Notes: a model not told the origin generated them from the sequence alone. A DNA stretch of 64,000 bases from Octopus vulgaris (GCA_951406725.2 OX597814.1:208568001-208632000); one strand, 5' to 3'; counted from the stretch's first letter, positions 27,181 to 40,814 are shown. Numbers and translations are program-made.

Positions 27181-27572
27181 ACCGCTTCTTCAAATGTCTG
27201 TATTTTAAAATAAAACCCTGGATTGCATGTCGCGTATTTTCACTAATCTTCTCAAAAATTTTACTCGAACGCTGTTCTTATGTAAGCAAGTAAATGATGG
27301 CAACTGATTTGACTGGTTTGCCTTATGTGAACTAGTTTGGGATCACGGCTGAAGTTATTTCATAGCAGGACGTCCAGACAGGTGAACGACAATCTTAGAT
27401 AATAAAATATTTACTCGATGGAAACCATTTGCGGTTATATCTAAGTTTTGTGTCCACGCTCTTGTTCGGACGTGAGCATGATGTACTCTACATAAAGCTG
27501 CCATTTGAAACACTTTGTAAACACAAAACTTATGTAGCCGCATACGACTTCAGCCAAAGAAATATAATTATA

Positions 27573-27787
27573 TACTCTTTTACTCTTTTACTTGTTTCAG
27601 TCATTTGACTGCGGCCATGCTGGTGCACCGCCTTTAGTCGAGCAAATCGACCCCGGGACTTATTCTTTGTAAGCCCAGTACTTATTCTATCGGTCTCTTT
27701 TGCCGAACCGCTAAGTGACGGGGACGTAAACACACCAGCATCGGTTGTCAAGCAATGCTAGGGAGACAAACATAGACACACAAACAC

Positions 27788-27838
<51 letters not shown>

Positions 27839-27975
27839 TACGACAGGCTTCTTTCAGTTTCCGTCTACCAAATCCACTCACAAGACACTTGCCCAAGATG
27901 CCACGCAGTGGGACTGAACCCGGAACCATGTGGTTGGTTAGCAAGCTACTTACCACACAGCCACTCCTGCACCTA
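27573..27975 (-). mobile_element. SINE family A
   Basis: Reverse-complement match with a small internal deletion. Confidence 0.92.
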
Positions 27976-28045
27976 TAGTAATTTTGGCTTGTCTGTTACA
28001 AACAAGGTGTGTTCGTAGGTATGCACACACACACACACATACACA

Positions 28046-28264
28046 CACGAAGTGATCCAGAAGAGTTCCTGGCTCTGGGTAAAAGAAAATACAGGAGGAC
28101 CAGTTAACTATGATTTTATCCAAAATATTCCCCTCTCAGATTCACACATTTATTGCAGCAGTTTTTCAGCTTTCCTAAGTCCTGTTAAAGAACTCGGAAG
28201 GTTGGGGTCCAACCACGCCTTTCACGATACCCTTAGAGCCAGGAACTCTTCAGCACCCCTCGCA
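28046..28264. mobile_element. Mariner-type MITE (about 220 bp)
   Basis: TIRs CACGAAGTGATCCAGAAGAGTTCCTGGCTCT / AGAGCCAGGAACTCTTCAGCACCCCTCGCA. Confidence 0.75.
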
Positions 28265-28265
28265 T

Positions 28266-28568
28266 AGGAGTGGCTGTGTGGTACGTAGCTTTGGTAGACG
28301 GAAACTGAAAGAAGCCCGTCGTATATATGTATATATATATATATACGTGTGTGTGTTTGTGTGTCTGTGTTTGTCCCCCTAGCATTGCTTGACAACCGAT
28401 GCTGTTGTGTTTATGTCCCCGTTACTTAACGGTTCGGCAATAGAGACCGATAGAATAAGTACTGGGCTTACAAAAGAATAAGACCCGGGGTCGAGTTGCT
28501 CGATCAAAGGCGGTGCTCCAGCATGGCCGCAGCCAAATGACTGAAACAAGTAAAAGAGTAAAAGAGTA
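28266..28568 (+). mobile_element. SINE family A, internally deleted
   Basis: Head joined at TAGCTT|TGGTAGAC; intact 3' half and tail. Confidence 0.88.
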
Positions 28569-28569
28569 T

Positions 28570-29149
28570 ACCTCGGCGGAATTTGAACTCGGAACGTAAC
28601 GACAGACGAAATACGTAACACACACATATATATATTTCTTTACTATCCACAAGGGGCTAAACGCAGAGGGGTCAAACAAGGACAGACAAAGGGATTAAGT
28701 CGATTCGATCGACCCCAGTGCGTAAAGTACTAATTTATCGACCTCGTACTTTGGTGGAATTTGAACTCAGAACGTAACGGCAGACGAAATACCACACACA
28801 TATTTCTTTACTACCCACAAGGGGCTAATCACAGAGAGGACAAACAAGGACAGACAAAGGGATTAAGTCGATTAGATCGACCCCAGTGCGTAAATGGTAC
28901 TTTGGTGGAATTTGAACTCAGAACGTAACGGCAGACGAAATACCTATTTCTTTACTACCCACAAGGGGCTAAACGCAGAGAGGACAAACAAGGACAGACA
29001 AAGGGATTAAGTCGATTAGATCGACCCCAGTGCGTAACTGGTACTTAATTTATCGACCTCGAAAGGATGAAAGGCAAAGTCGACCTCGGCGGAATTTGAA
29101 CTCTGAACGTAACGACAGACGAAATACGTAACACACACATATATATATA
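28570..29149 (-). mobile_element. Headless, partly deleted SINE B array (3 bodies + fragment)
   Basis: Repeated TATTTCTTTACTA.CCACAAGGGGCT...CAGACGAAATAC; canonical junction near 28944; 28570-28632 repeated at about 29083-29149. Confidence 0.88.
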
Positions 29150-29501
29150 ATTAGGGACTTGTCTTTTGCTCTCAGTTTTAGATACATTTTTTTCCTTCCG
29201 CTGAGCAAAGCTGAAACACTAAGACGAAAAACAATTGCATTATTTGTACGAAGAACAAACATAATAGCAGCTTCAACGATTGTTACAGTTCTGAAGAAAG
29301 CGATACCAATAACACAGTGACAAACAACACCACCTTCGAAAGAAATTGCAATAAAGATGTCTACTTCTACCAAGCGAGTGGCTGAATTCCGTATTACACA
29401 CGTGACTTGAATTTTTTTTTTTCTTTCTGTTAATCATCTATTCTATTTTTATTTCGGAGTTAACAATGAGGTTGTAGAGTAGTTTCATCTGTCTTTTCAC
29501 C

Positions 29502-29589
<88 letters not shown>

Positions 29590-29784
29590 ATTTCCTCTCT
29601 CTCTTCTCTTTCTGTATGTCTTTTGCATTTTATGTAAACTTGAGAGAGCGAAGGAATATACCTTCATGTAGTACACACACACACACACACACATACACAC
29701 ATACACGCACACACACACGCAAACACACACACGCACTCACGCACACACACACACACACACATGCAGACGTATGATGTGTGTGTA

Positions 29785-29844
<60 letters not shown>

Positions 29845-29898
29845 TAAAGGGCTAAAGAAAATTATTTCAATGCCAATATACTTCATCCTATATTAGTA

Positions 29899-29944
<46 letters not shown>

Positions 29945-29990
29945 ATAGCGAGAAAATAAGAGAGAGAAAGGGGGAGAAAGAGAGGGAGAG

Positions 29991-30022
<32 letters not shown>

Positions 30023-30424
30023 GGAGGATATCGTTCGTATGTATATGTATGTGATAATATATATAAACATTAATATAGATTGCAGCATTAGCTAATATGT
30101 AACTTTGTATTGTTTACAAATGCTGTTTTATTGGATTCATCAGAAACTTAAAATGCCTGTCTTCACATGAATAAACGTAAGGTAATGATTTGGCAGAGAT
30201 GGCAGAGCTCGAGTCTAATAATTCTTATAATATTTGTTTTCATTTTTCTGTCTTGTCAACGTCATTTGAAAGTCGATGAAACAAGTGTCAACAATATACT
30301 GTAGTCGATTTAATTGATTGTATATTTCCCGTACTGGTTCTCAGTAAGAATTCAGCTCATATGCTGAGAGATTGTCTCGTGACGTAGATCAAGAGGTATT
30401 TTGACCTAAACATATACATACATG

Positions 30425-30737
30425 TGGAGGCGCAATGGCCCAGTGTTTAAGGCAGCGGATTCGTGGTCGGAGGATCGCGGTTTTGATTCCCAGACCGGGC
30501 GTTGAGTGTGTTTATTGAGCGAAAACACCTAAAAGCTCCACGAGACTCCGACAGGGGGTGGTAGTGACCCCTGTTGTACTCTTTCGCCACAACATCCTCT
30601 CACTCTCTCTTCCTGTTTCTTGAGTAACGCTGCAAAGGACTGGTGTCCCGTCCAGCTGGGGGGAACACATACGCCACAGAAACCGGGGAACCGGGGCACC
30701 GGGCCCATGGACCTGGCTAGACTTGAAAAGGGCGACT
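30425..30737 (+). mobile_element. SINE family C head with tail type 2
   Basis: First about 190 bp match family C; the 3' part GGACTGGTGTCCCGTCCAG...GAAACCGGGGAACCGG resembles the family D tail instead. Confidence 0.85.
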
Positions 30738-31037
30738 AAAAAAATACATACATACCTGCACACACACACACACACACACATAATACATTCACACATACAT
30801 ACATATAGAACCTGAGAGTCTGTCTCGCGACTCGAGTTTCACGCCACTGTGATCATCAGCGGCATGAAACTCGTGTCGTGGGATAAACTTTCAGCTTGCT
30901 TCAATAAAAAGAAAACTCCAAATACTCCACAACACATACACACACGCACACACACACAATTAATTGTAAGTGCAATTTACATTAAAAATGCAAAGCAATA
31001 GCCAGCAATTAGAACTCCGTGTGTATTCCTGAATATC

Positions 31038-31320
31038 TATTTCTTTACTACCCACAAGGGGCTAAACTAAAGAGAGGACAAACAAGGACAGACAAATGGA
31101 TTAAGTCGATTATATCAACCCCAGTGCGTAACTGATACTTAATTTATCGACCCCGAAAGGATGAAAGGCAAAGTCGACCTCGGCGGAATTTGAACTCAGA
31201 ACATTAGCCAGAGGAAATACAAAGGCTACGATACACCTTGGCACCGGACGTCGCAACTCATTTCTACAGCTGAGTGAACTGGAGCAACGTGAAATAAAGT
31301 GCCTTGCTCAAAAACAAAAT
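31038..31320 (-). mobile_element. Headless SINE B body adjoining a CORE-type SINE D fragment
   Basis: B body 31038-31220; then CTCATTTCTACAGCTGAGTGAACTGGAGCAACGTGAAATAAAGTGCCTTGCTCAA. Confidence 0.8.
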
Positions 31321-31819
31321 CTACGTAGGACTCGTATTCCAGTTCGAGACTTTTGGTCGAACTCTATTGCTGAATAGGTCACAGGGTACATATAAGAAGC
31401 AAAACAAAGCAGAAGAGTTTGATCATAAATTGTTTAGTTATTTCTATTATGCAAGTTTCATTAACATTGAAAAATTCCAGCTTTTACAAAACCTTACAAG
31501 AATGCATTATCAATTCTTCAAAGGTTGCGGAACTGGCCTCAATACATTTTAGTATATATTCCGGATTACCAACAAAGTTATAGTGTAAACAAACGCAAGA
31601 AATGTTGTTGATATGTTACTAACGAGAGATACACATTCTCTGGAAACTTGACAATGCAATCTACTTCTAAGATTTCCTTTAACTGATATCTTTTTATTTT
31701 TTATTTTTACGCGCTTAAGATGAAGTAACTAAATATTTTATGAACAGAATCCCCCGTTATATTTTGTTTCCTTATATATGCATATATGTGTGTATATCGT
31801 ATACATATATATGTATACA

Positions 31820-32079
31820 GGCGGGCATATTGGTCGAGTGGTTAGATTGTTGCATTCACGATCGCAAGATCATGGGCTCAATTCCTGGTGCGTTGTTTTC
31901 TTGAGGAAAACACTTTCATCTGTCTTTGTGTTCTGAGTTCAAATTCTGCAGAGGTCGACTTTGCCTTTCATCCTTTCAGGGTCGATAAATTAAGTACCAG
32001 TTGCGTACTGGGGTCGATCTAATCGACTGGCCCCCTCCCCCAAAATTTCGGGCCTTGTGCCTAGTGTAGAAAAGAATAT
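31820..32079 (+). mobile_element. Chimera: old tRNA-type head + SINE B body with alternative tail (B2)
   Basis: TGGTCGAGTGGTTAG A box and CTTGAGGAAAACACTT, then B body from TTTCATCTGTC ending GGCCTTGTGCCTAGTGTAGAAAAGAATA. Confidence 0.75.
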
Positions 32080-32394
32080 TTGTGATAGAGTTTATATTTT
32101 CGAAGCTAATGAGTCTTTGTCATGTCTCAGCGATTTGCAAATGTATGCAATCATTCAGGCGAACATACGTCAGCGAGATACTTGTAGTGAGGACTGAATC
32201 ATCAGTTACAAACGAATTCACATACTCGCGCACGCATACACACACACACATACAAAGGTTCTTTTATTGGTTTAGGTATGCCACCGCAGTCATTTCTACA
32301 ATAGTGCATATTTTCAATTTGGTATAGCTCTCTGCTTATAGAGCCTGTGTTACGCAACATAAAAGAGGACAAAAATAAACAATACCTGGTTAAA

Positions 32395-32468
<74 letters not shown>

Positions 32469-32632
32469 GTATCTACGTACCAACCTATCTGTCTGTCTGT
32501 CTATCTATCAACCTGTCAGTCGGTCAGTTTATATTTATATCTATATATGTGTGTATGTCTGTTGTGTTCTCTCTCTCTCCTTTTCTCTGTCTGTCCGTCT
32601 GTCTGTCTGTCTATCTATCTGTCGCTCTCTCT

Positions 32633-32808
32633 TATTTCTTTACTACCCACAAGGGGCTAGACACAGAGGGGACAAACAAGGACAGACAAAGAGATTAAGT
32701 CGATTACATCGACCCCAGTGCGTAACCGGTACTTAATTTATCGACCCCGAAAGGATGAAAGACAAAGTCTACCTCGGCGGAATTTGAACTCAGAACGTAG
32801 CGGCAGAC
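32633..32808 (-). mobile_element. SINE family B body, 5'-truncated
   Basis: Match to the 184-bp body without the head. Confidence 0.9.
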
Positions 32809-33318
32809 TCAAACCTTGTGTCTAAATAATTCACAAATTTTTGATGTTTTTAATATGAGGATCTTTTCGAATGTCCATGAATTGCAAATTTTTTTCTACT
32901 TAGTACTTTGGATCTCCTTTACTTCAGAATCCTCCATGTAGTATTAAAATCAGTGATGTGTTCATGTGAATGTCAAATGTAGGTTAACAAAGTTTTATTC
33001 TCCTTTTCAGCATGGCTGGTGGACGAAGAATAATTAAAATAGTCTAATTTGAATTTATCTTCTCTCATTCCTCAGTAGTGCTTATGACTTATCATTCCAT
33101 TACGTTTGACAGAAATACCAAATCATACCTGCTCAATCAATAATGAAATGCTGAAGCGATAGTACGTTCTGCTTCTTGAATCATTTCGTGCATGATTGGA
33201 TATAGTGTACATGAATCTAGCTTTCGGTATTGTAAGAGCTGATGTGCTCTGTTGATTTCGCAGATATACATTCTTGCATGAAATTCTCAGTGAGTAACGA
33301 CGCTTTACCATATACAAG

Positions 33319-33392
<74 letters not shown>

Positions 33393-34353
33393 ATGCGAGC
33401 GTGAGTATCATGCTGAGTATATATTTGTGCATGCTGAGAGAGAAAGAGTGAAGGGAGATATAATGTGAACAAGTACACTTCGTAGCCGACATACTTCATC
33501 ATTGAAGCAAACGGAAAGAGCAGACGATCTATGACGTGATCAACAGACGAGAGAGGAAATCAATGCTATATTACTTAACTGTTACGTTTTTATCTATAAC
33601 ATGTCATGGTCGTTATTACTTCAAGCAAATCCAAGAAAAATATTAAGAAATAGCGTTGGTCTACCGTTGACAAGGAAGGGTATTGCGTATATAAATTTAG
33701 GTTTGTGTAAGTGTAAGCATGTGTGTATATATGTATCTGCATATATGTATGCGTGTAAAAGCTCTTTATTTTTCTTTAGTTATAATACCATAACATTGTT
33801 TTTTTTTTGCCATTTTAAAGCTCGCTAATCTTCACTTTTCGTTTTTCATCACGTTTAGTCCTCACATGAAGACATCCGCCTATTAGCAATTAGTTCTGCG
33901 ATTTCATACCAGTGTTTTAAGTTTTAAGGCTTCAATGGGAAGCAATGATCAGTAGTAACGCTTTCCAACGGAGCATGAAACCTAGGATATCAAATCTCTC
34001 CACTAATTTACAGTTATGGCTATTAAGCAACTATGTAACGTTTTCCTCGTGAGCATATAATGATTTCTCACACTGGCACAGATTAACAGATATATATTTA
34101 AACAGGATAACGGGCTGTCAGGATTGGATAGGTACAAAACTAATTTGCTGCAGCATCATATCATATTTTGTAAATTATACAAATTATTCCGGCCATAAAA
34201 TCTTTGAAACTTCTTTATTATACTTGTAAAATCGGTCAAATGATTAAACAGGCTTGAATAGACTATGTTATGTAGATAAGATCTAATGAAGCCGAAACAT
34301 GTCCGTAGCTTTAATCTTGCCTTCTAACAATGATGTAACATTCTCACTAATAG

Positions 34354-34747
34354 TGGAGGCGCAATGGCCCAGTGGTTAGGGCAGCGGACTCGCGGTCATA
34401 GGATCGCGGTTTCGATTCCCAGACCGGGCGTTGTGAGTGTTTATTGAGCGAAAACACCTAAAAGCTCCACGAGGCTCCGGCAGGGGATGGTGGTGATCCC
34501 TGCTGTACACTTTCACCACAACTTTCTCTCACTCTCACTCTTACTTCCTGTTTCTGTTGTACCTGTATTTCAAAGGGCCGGCCTTGTCACTCTCTGTGTC
34601 ACGCTGAATATCCCCGAGAACTACGTTCAGGGTACACGTGTCCGTGGAGTGCTCAGCCACTTACACGTTAATTTCACGAGCAGGCTGTTCCGTTGATTCG
34701 GATCAACCGGAACCCTCGTCGTCGTAACCGACGGAATGCTTCCATCC
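34354..34747 (+). mobile_element. SINE family C (tail 1) flanked by a 133-bp direct repeat
   Basis: Near-identical to 4615-5000; flanks 34217-34349 and 34748-34880 differ by one base. Confidence 0.95.
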
Positions 34748-35670
34748 ATTATACTTGTAAAATCGGTCAAATGATTAGACAGGCTTGAATAGACTATGTT
34801 ATGTAGATAAGATCTAATGAAGCCGAAACATGTCCGTAGCTTTAATCTTGCCTTCTAACAATGATGTAACATTCTCACTAGGCATAAACATTTAATTTTT
34901 CATAAAATCAATTCTTCTCTGAAATTATTTTGTTTATGCTTTGAGGGTCGCTAACAAATGCCACTAATTTATTTTTGTAACTCATTAAGTACATCGTCAT
35001 CTAAATTCTTATCTCATTTGATTTGTTTCCCTTAATTCATTTTAGTAATTTATGCAAATTATAATGGGTCCACAAATCCTCTTAGCAAACTTTTTATAAT
35101 GAGAGCCGAATTGGGATAGCTGTTTGTACAACAAGCTATTCCACAGTCAATTCCTTCCTACGAGAAATAAAATTCTCGCTGAAATCTATAATGCTATACG
35201 CAGGCACGATTGCTCTGATGGCCATATTGAAGATACATAAGAACCATAATGTATGTATGCGATAAAACAGCAACTCAATGTAAACACAAGGATACAGTGG
35301 GCAAAAATTCTGCACTGTGGTAGATCAGTTGCTTAGCAGATGTGAATGCCACGGCAAAAATTGGAAAAAAAAGAGAGCACCTACAGAAAACTAATGAAAA
35401 ATATTTCTTATATCCAAGCTATAAATTTTTATTAGTACCTATTATCATCGGTGCACTGTGCTATGCAATAAAAAAAATTTACGTAAAAGCCTAGAAATGC
35501 TTTGTTCTCCACAGAAATAAAACAAGTTGTTTCATACACCGGAGATTCAATCGATTTGCGGTACAGAAAAAAATAAAGCATTCCAGAAATTCTTTATTTG
35601 AGCTTCATGGGCTAACACATACACACAATCAGAAATACAAATGGAATACACACGCGCGCACACACACACA

Positions 35671-35702
<32 letters not shown>

Positions 35703-35829
35703 TGCACACACACACGCACGCACACACAGAAAGGCTAACCGATTCATTAATCCACAAGCCACAAGAGTTGTCTTGACTTGAACGAAAGAACTTTGTTTGA
35801 AAAGGAGGGGAAATATAAATCTCCGGACC

Positions 35830-36067
35830 CCCACCGAACCAATATCAAGGAGGTATTTGAAGATCTTCTCAGAAACACAGTGAAGAACACGTGCGCCAGG
35901 TTCCGGAGTTGTCTTGAAGCCTTGGTGGAAGCTAAGGGAAGCTACTTTGAGTATACTGGTATCTCCTCACCGTGGTTTTTTAAAAAAGTACTTTCATTTT
36001 TAGATGGGGATATTGTGGTTCACTTTCCTTTTATGTAAACTGTCGAATTTAGCTTGGTCATACTGTA
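35830..36067 (+). mobile_element. Tc1/mariner-superfamily 3' end fragment
   Basis: KEVFEDLLRNTVKNTCARFRSCLEALVEAKGSYFE is a typical transposase C-terminus; ends ...CATACTGTA. Confidence 0.7.
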
Positions 36068-36182
36068 TTTTCTACAACATATATTGAAAAGACTTTATCA
36101 TTCGTTCGAATATTCCTCCTCATTTTCTACACACATCGACTTGTGAATATATACGTATATCTATCTATCTATCTATCTGTCT

Positions 36183-36655
36183 GGTCAATCTCTCATCAAC
36201 GTCTTCAAGTATCACTTGAAAAGGAAATTGAGAGTAGAGAGGCAAGTTTTTTCTAGCGAATGTTTCAAAAAAAGATGGGTGAATGTAGCAAGGGTAGCAC
36301 GTATGAATGACGAAGCCACCTTGAGTATGATCCTATGAACCCGGAAAAATTTAAAACAGAGAGTTACTTACTTGCAAATAAATGTGTTAACATGTGACAT
36401 TATTGACCGAAGTCACCGTGGTCCTTTCCGTAGGCTTTTCTTTCCACCGATAAACCTTATCTGTTTCCCCCTTTACATTTTATATTATGATATTTCTGTA
36501 ATACACGATCCCTATTGATCGTTTTTTTTCCCTTTCCTTTTTACGATCCCTTTTGATCGAAAACCTACCCCACTTTTTTTTCCTCCCCCAAAAGAAAAGC
36601 TGTACTTTGTAATTTGTCCCGTCTGTGTTCAGCAATGTGTGGCTAATAAAGAAAC
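36183..36655 (+). mobile_element. 5'-truncated LINE 3' end (Tx1/L1-like ORF2 C-terminus + 3' UTR) inserted in (TATC)n
   Basis: Open frame 36183-36338 GQSLINVFKYHLKRKLRVERQVFSSECFKKRWVNVARVARMNDEATLSMIL*; T-rich UTR ending AATAAAGAAA; (TATC)n on both sides. Confidence 0.65.
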
Positions 36656-36656
36656 A

Positions 36657-36751
<95 letters not shown>

Positions 36752-36757
36752 TGTCTG

Positions 36758-36812
<55 letters not shown>

Positions 36813-36825
36813 GTCTATCTGTCTA

Positions 36826-36860
<35 letters not shown>

Positions 36861-37457
36861 GCCTGTCTGTGTGCGTGCATACGCTGACTTTGCTCTAATA
36901 CTTTGTTTTTATCATATATAAGACGATAAATGCCTGGTAATGATCTAACCGTTTGTAATTGCTGTTGTTCTTTATATCTAACAGTTTCTCTTCTAAAGCG
37001 ATCGGTGTGAACCGTATTTTGTATTTACAGCTGACTCTTGAGATGTTAGACAACCGACACTACAAAGACATCAGCATTTGTGTTTGTATTGTTTATTAGC
37101 GAGAGGAAAAGGTGACCGACGTAGATTAGGGGTAAAGTTATAGTGAACTGCATTCGCGATCGGATTTCGTTTCCTAATCGAAGAAATTTCTAATTATCAC
37201 GTTGAGAAAGACACTACTCTCACTCTTTCTTTTCTTCCACCCTTTCTCTCTCTGCCTCTGTCTCTCTGTCTCTCTATCTCTCTTTCAATAAGTATGTAAA
37301 TATGTGTAAACACACATAAGTAGTGAACAAACGACATAAAGTGGCACTCAAACAATTTAGTTGGAGTCGTATTTAACAACAGGTTGGCGTTGTAAGTATA
37401 TACAAACATACAACGCGTATACATATACATACGTAGATATATAGATGCATACATACA

Positions 37458-37491
<34 letters not shown>

Positions 37492-37689
37492 CATACATAC
37501 ATACATACATACATACATACATACATACATACATACATACATACATACATACGTATGTATGAGCCCATGCGAGTATGTTGGTGTTATAGTGTGTACACAC
37601 ACACACACACGATGTTGCTCTTCGTATGTGAATGGTATATCAGAAGAAAAGCAACTCTGTTTTTATCAATCATCTGGTCACACATCTTA

Positions 37690-38015
<326 letters not shown>

Positions 38016-40206
38016 ATAAAAGTGTCAGTATGTAGATATCTTCATTCGTGTGCGCAAGCGTCCGCCAATAGGTTCTCATGCGTGCTTGTGCGCATGTAAG
38101 AGAAGACAATACTAATCAAAATATGGAAATTGATATTTGTTTTTAATTTGGAAAGCAATGGAAAAATAATTTCTAAATGATAACAGTATAAGGGAGGCCT
38201 CCATTTCCCACAGTACTTGACTCTGGGATTCTGTATTTTTACGAACATTTTCTTTCTTCTGCTTCTACATAAAACGTTACTTCGTGTGTGGCTTCCTCAG
38301 AATGAAATCTGCGTTCTATGATGTCTCCAATAAAGTTCTTTTGTTGAAATTCTATTCTCTCGCGAGCAGTAAATGTTAGCAAGTGATTTGATTACTTGAA
38401 GTAAGTTTGGTACCATTTCAACAGGGCGTACATTGTACATCTGGAAGGAAGTCGAGGCAGACAAACAATGATTTTAAATAAAATAGTGATGGGACAAGGT
38501 ATATGCTGTGAGATATTAGCAACGTACTGGATGCGTGAAGGCAACGACTAGGAATCGAAACCAAATGGACGAGTACTAGTTTTATACTGCATTACCAATT
38601 ATTCGTTTAGGAAATAGAATCATAGGACGTATATTTTACGAAAATGAAAATGCAATTGTGCAATGTTAAAAGCACACTAGCTAACCAAGATGGTAAACCG
38701 AGAAGAGCGCCAACAGAGAAAGCAAACTAGCTTTTGCCATAGTTTTAAAGGCCATGTTTATTGGCTTTCCATATAAAGTCCTTTTCTTTGCGTTCTTTCT
38801 CTTAAAGAAAGATGTTTTGTATCTCCGCTGGTGAAAGTTGAACTCAAATTGAGAGCTAACGAAATGCTCGGGGATTTTGCAAAACATTTTACTTTAATGA
38901 ACCACATATCTTTCACACTCTTACTTTCAAGTAGGAGTATTCAGTCGCCAGTAATTACATGTGTCGTCCACGAAAACAGCTCAGACGTTGCTGAGTGAAT
39001 GCAAACTACTCATCTTTTGGATGGCTTCTCGCAGCCTTATCCATTTAGTCATACACGCTCTCAAAATAAAGATTATGAAAGTAAGCCATACTAATACATA
39101 AAAATTAATTGAAAACCTAACACAACAAAAAAGCAAGTTCTCAATATACACACAACACGTAGTAATTCTCTTCCTTCCATTAAAAGGGACTGAAGTAGAC
39201 AGCTTATTCAGTTTCCGTTTTTTTTAGACTTCTGTTTAGTTTTTTGTTTTCTATTAACATATCAAAATATAACGACTAAGAAAAATAAAGAATCGTTTTA
39301 ATAGCGAAATAAATGGGAAAATAATTGACATTAACTAAATCCCAGATGTTGAATTTTATTCATACCTGATTTAACTTCAATATCACAGTTCAGTTACTAA
39401 ATCTCGTCAGGAGTTTAATATTAAAATTTTTGTCATTAAATATTCCGACACGTCTTGTTAATTAAAACATAAATATAAACCATATATGTTTTTCCTAGTT
39501 AGTTTTAAATTATTTTTTATTTTAATAAATGTAATCATCAGTAGCGCAACCTAGAATATTCCTATAATTTTTAGATAATGATAGTATGATGGAAGTTCCC
39601 ATTACTCACTTGTACTCAGCTCTGGAGTCAGTATTTTAACGTGAGTAGAAGGAGAATTCCCTTTTTAATACGACATCAATGTATAGCAGGCCACGTTCAC
39701 ATTAAACCGTTTTTGATATCTCGTAAGATGAGCGTTGGTTTTAAAAGCATTAATGTCTCAGCACAACAAAATAAAAACTCTCTGATCAACACACTACTAC
39801 AAATTCACAGATGCATTGAGCGCATCTTTCTTGTTATATCGTTACAATAACGGCATCTGTTCCTTTGAACTACAAAGCTTGTATACCTACTCTAACTTCC
39901 TGTATAACCCATCTCTTTCCCACTTCTTGTCATTGCTACAATGTCTAACATCCCAAAAGCCGCAGAAACAATCCCACCAGCCCCTCGTCCTCAAAACTAC
40001 ATCTCACACCACAAAACACATACAAATTGTCCCTGACACACTGAACTTTAGTCGTTAGAACTTAACATCACCTACAGAGATCTCACCGATCTGAGACAGC
40101 CCCTTGTAAGGAGCATTGTGCTTCTACTTTAACTAACACATACACAAACAAGTTATAGTTAAATTTCCCAACCCACTCTACACAATAAAATGATTCTTAT
40201 GAAGTA

Positions 40207-40601
40207 CTAGCAGTATCGCCCGGCGTTGCTCGGGTTTGTAAGGGAAATAACTATATAAGCATTTTTAGAGATGTAAAGTATAATAGCCATCTCAATATGG
40301 CTAACCACAAAGGGGGGGGTGTTACTGTAGCTTTTTACGTCCTGTGATTTAATAAATTTTTAGAGAGTTACTTCCCTTATATATGCCAAAAATGCATTAA
40401 AAATGGGAAAAATATGATGGTAAATTTTTTTTTTAATCGTAGACTCATCGTAGACGCGCGCTAATACCCAGAAGGGCTTGATATGAATCACGACTATAAG
40501 ATACCCGGTTTTGGTTAAACTGCACCGCAAAATGCGGGAGTAGTTAGGAATCTGAATCGTAGGAGACAGACAGCATACAACCTCTCTTTTATATATAAAG
40601 A
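40207..40601 (-). mobile_element. Non-autonomous Helitron (395 bp)
   Basis: Minus strand starts TC (TCTTTATATATAAAAG), has a subterminal hairpin CCCGAGCAACGCCGGG and ends CTAG; inserted between A and T, no TSD. Confidence 0.88.
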
Positions 40602-40814
40602 TTTCACTGGATGAATTGAGTACAATTTAGAAATGTTCTGTATTTTATTGACATCAAGCAGGTGAGTAGCAAAGTCCTTCTCAGTGGCATTTGGAGATAA
40701 AATGTCGAATGGTGAAAGTGAATTTTTCTAAAGTATTTAGATCGGTGTTCTAGCTCTTCCTGCCACATTGCTACGGTTTTATATGAAATAGCATAAAATA
40801 AAACACGAGAACTA

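Noticed and set aside
26427-27293. 288-aa hydrophobic ORF
   Set aside because: Translation of a (TTTC)n tract
33123-33317. Minus-strand ORF ending at a donor-like CAG|GTATGA
   Set aside because: No recognisable protein or downstream exon; not supportable without RNA data
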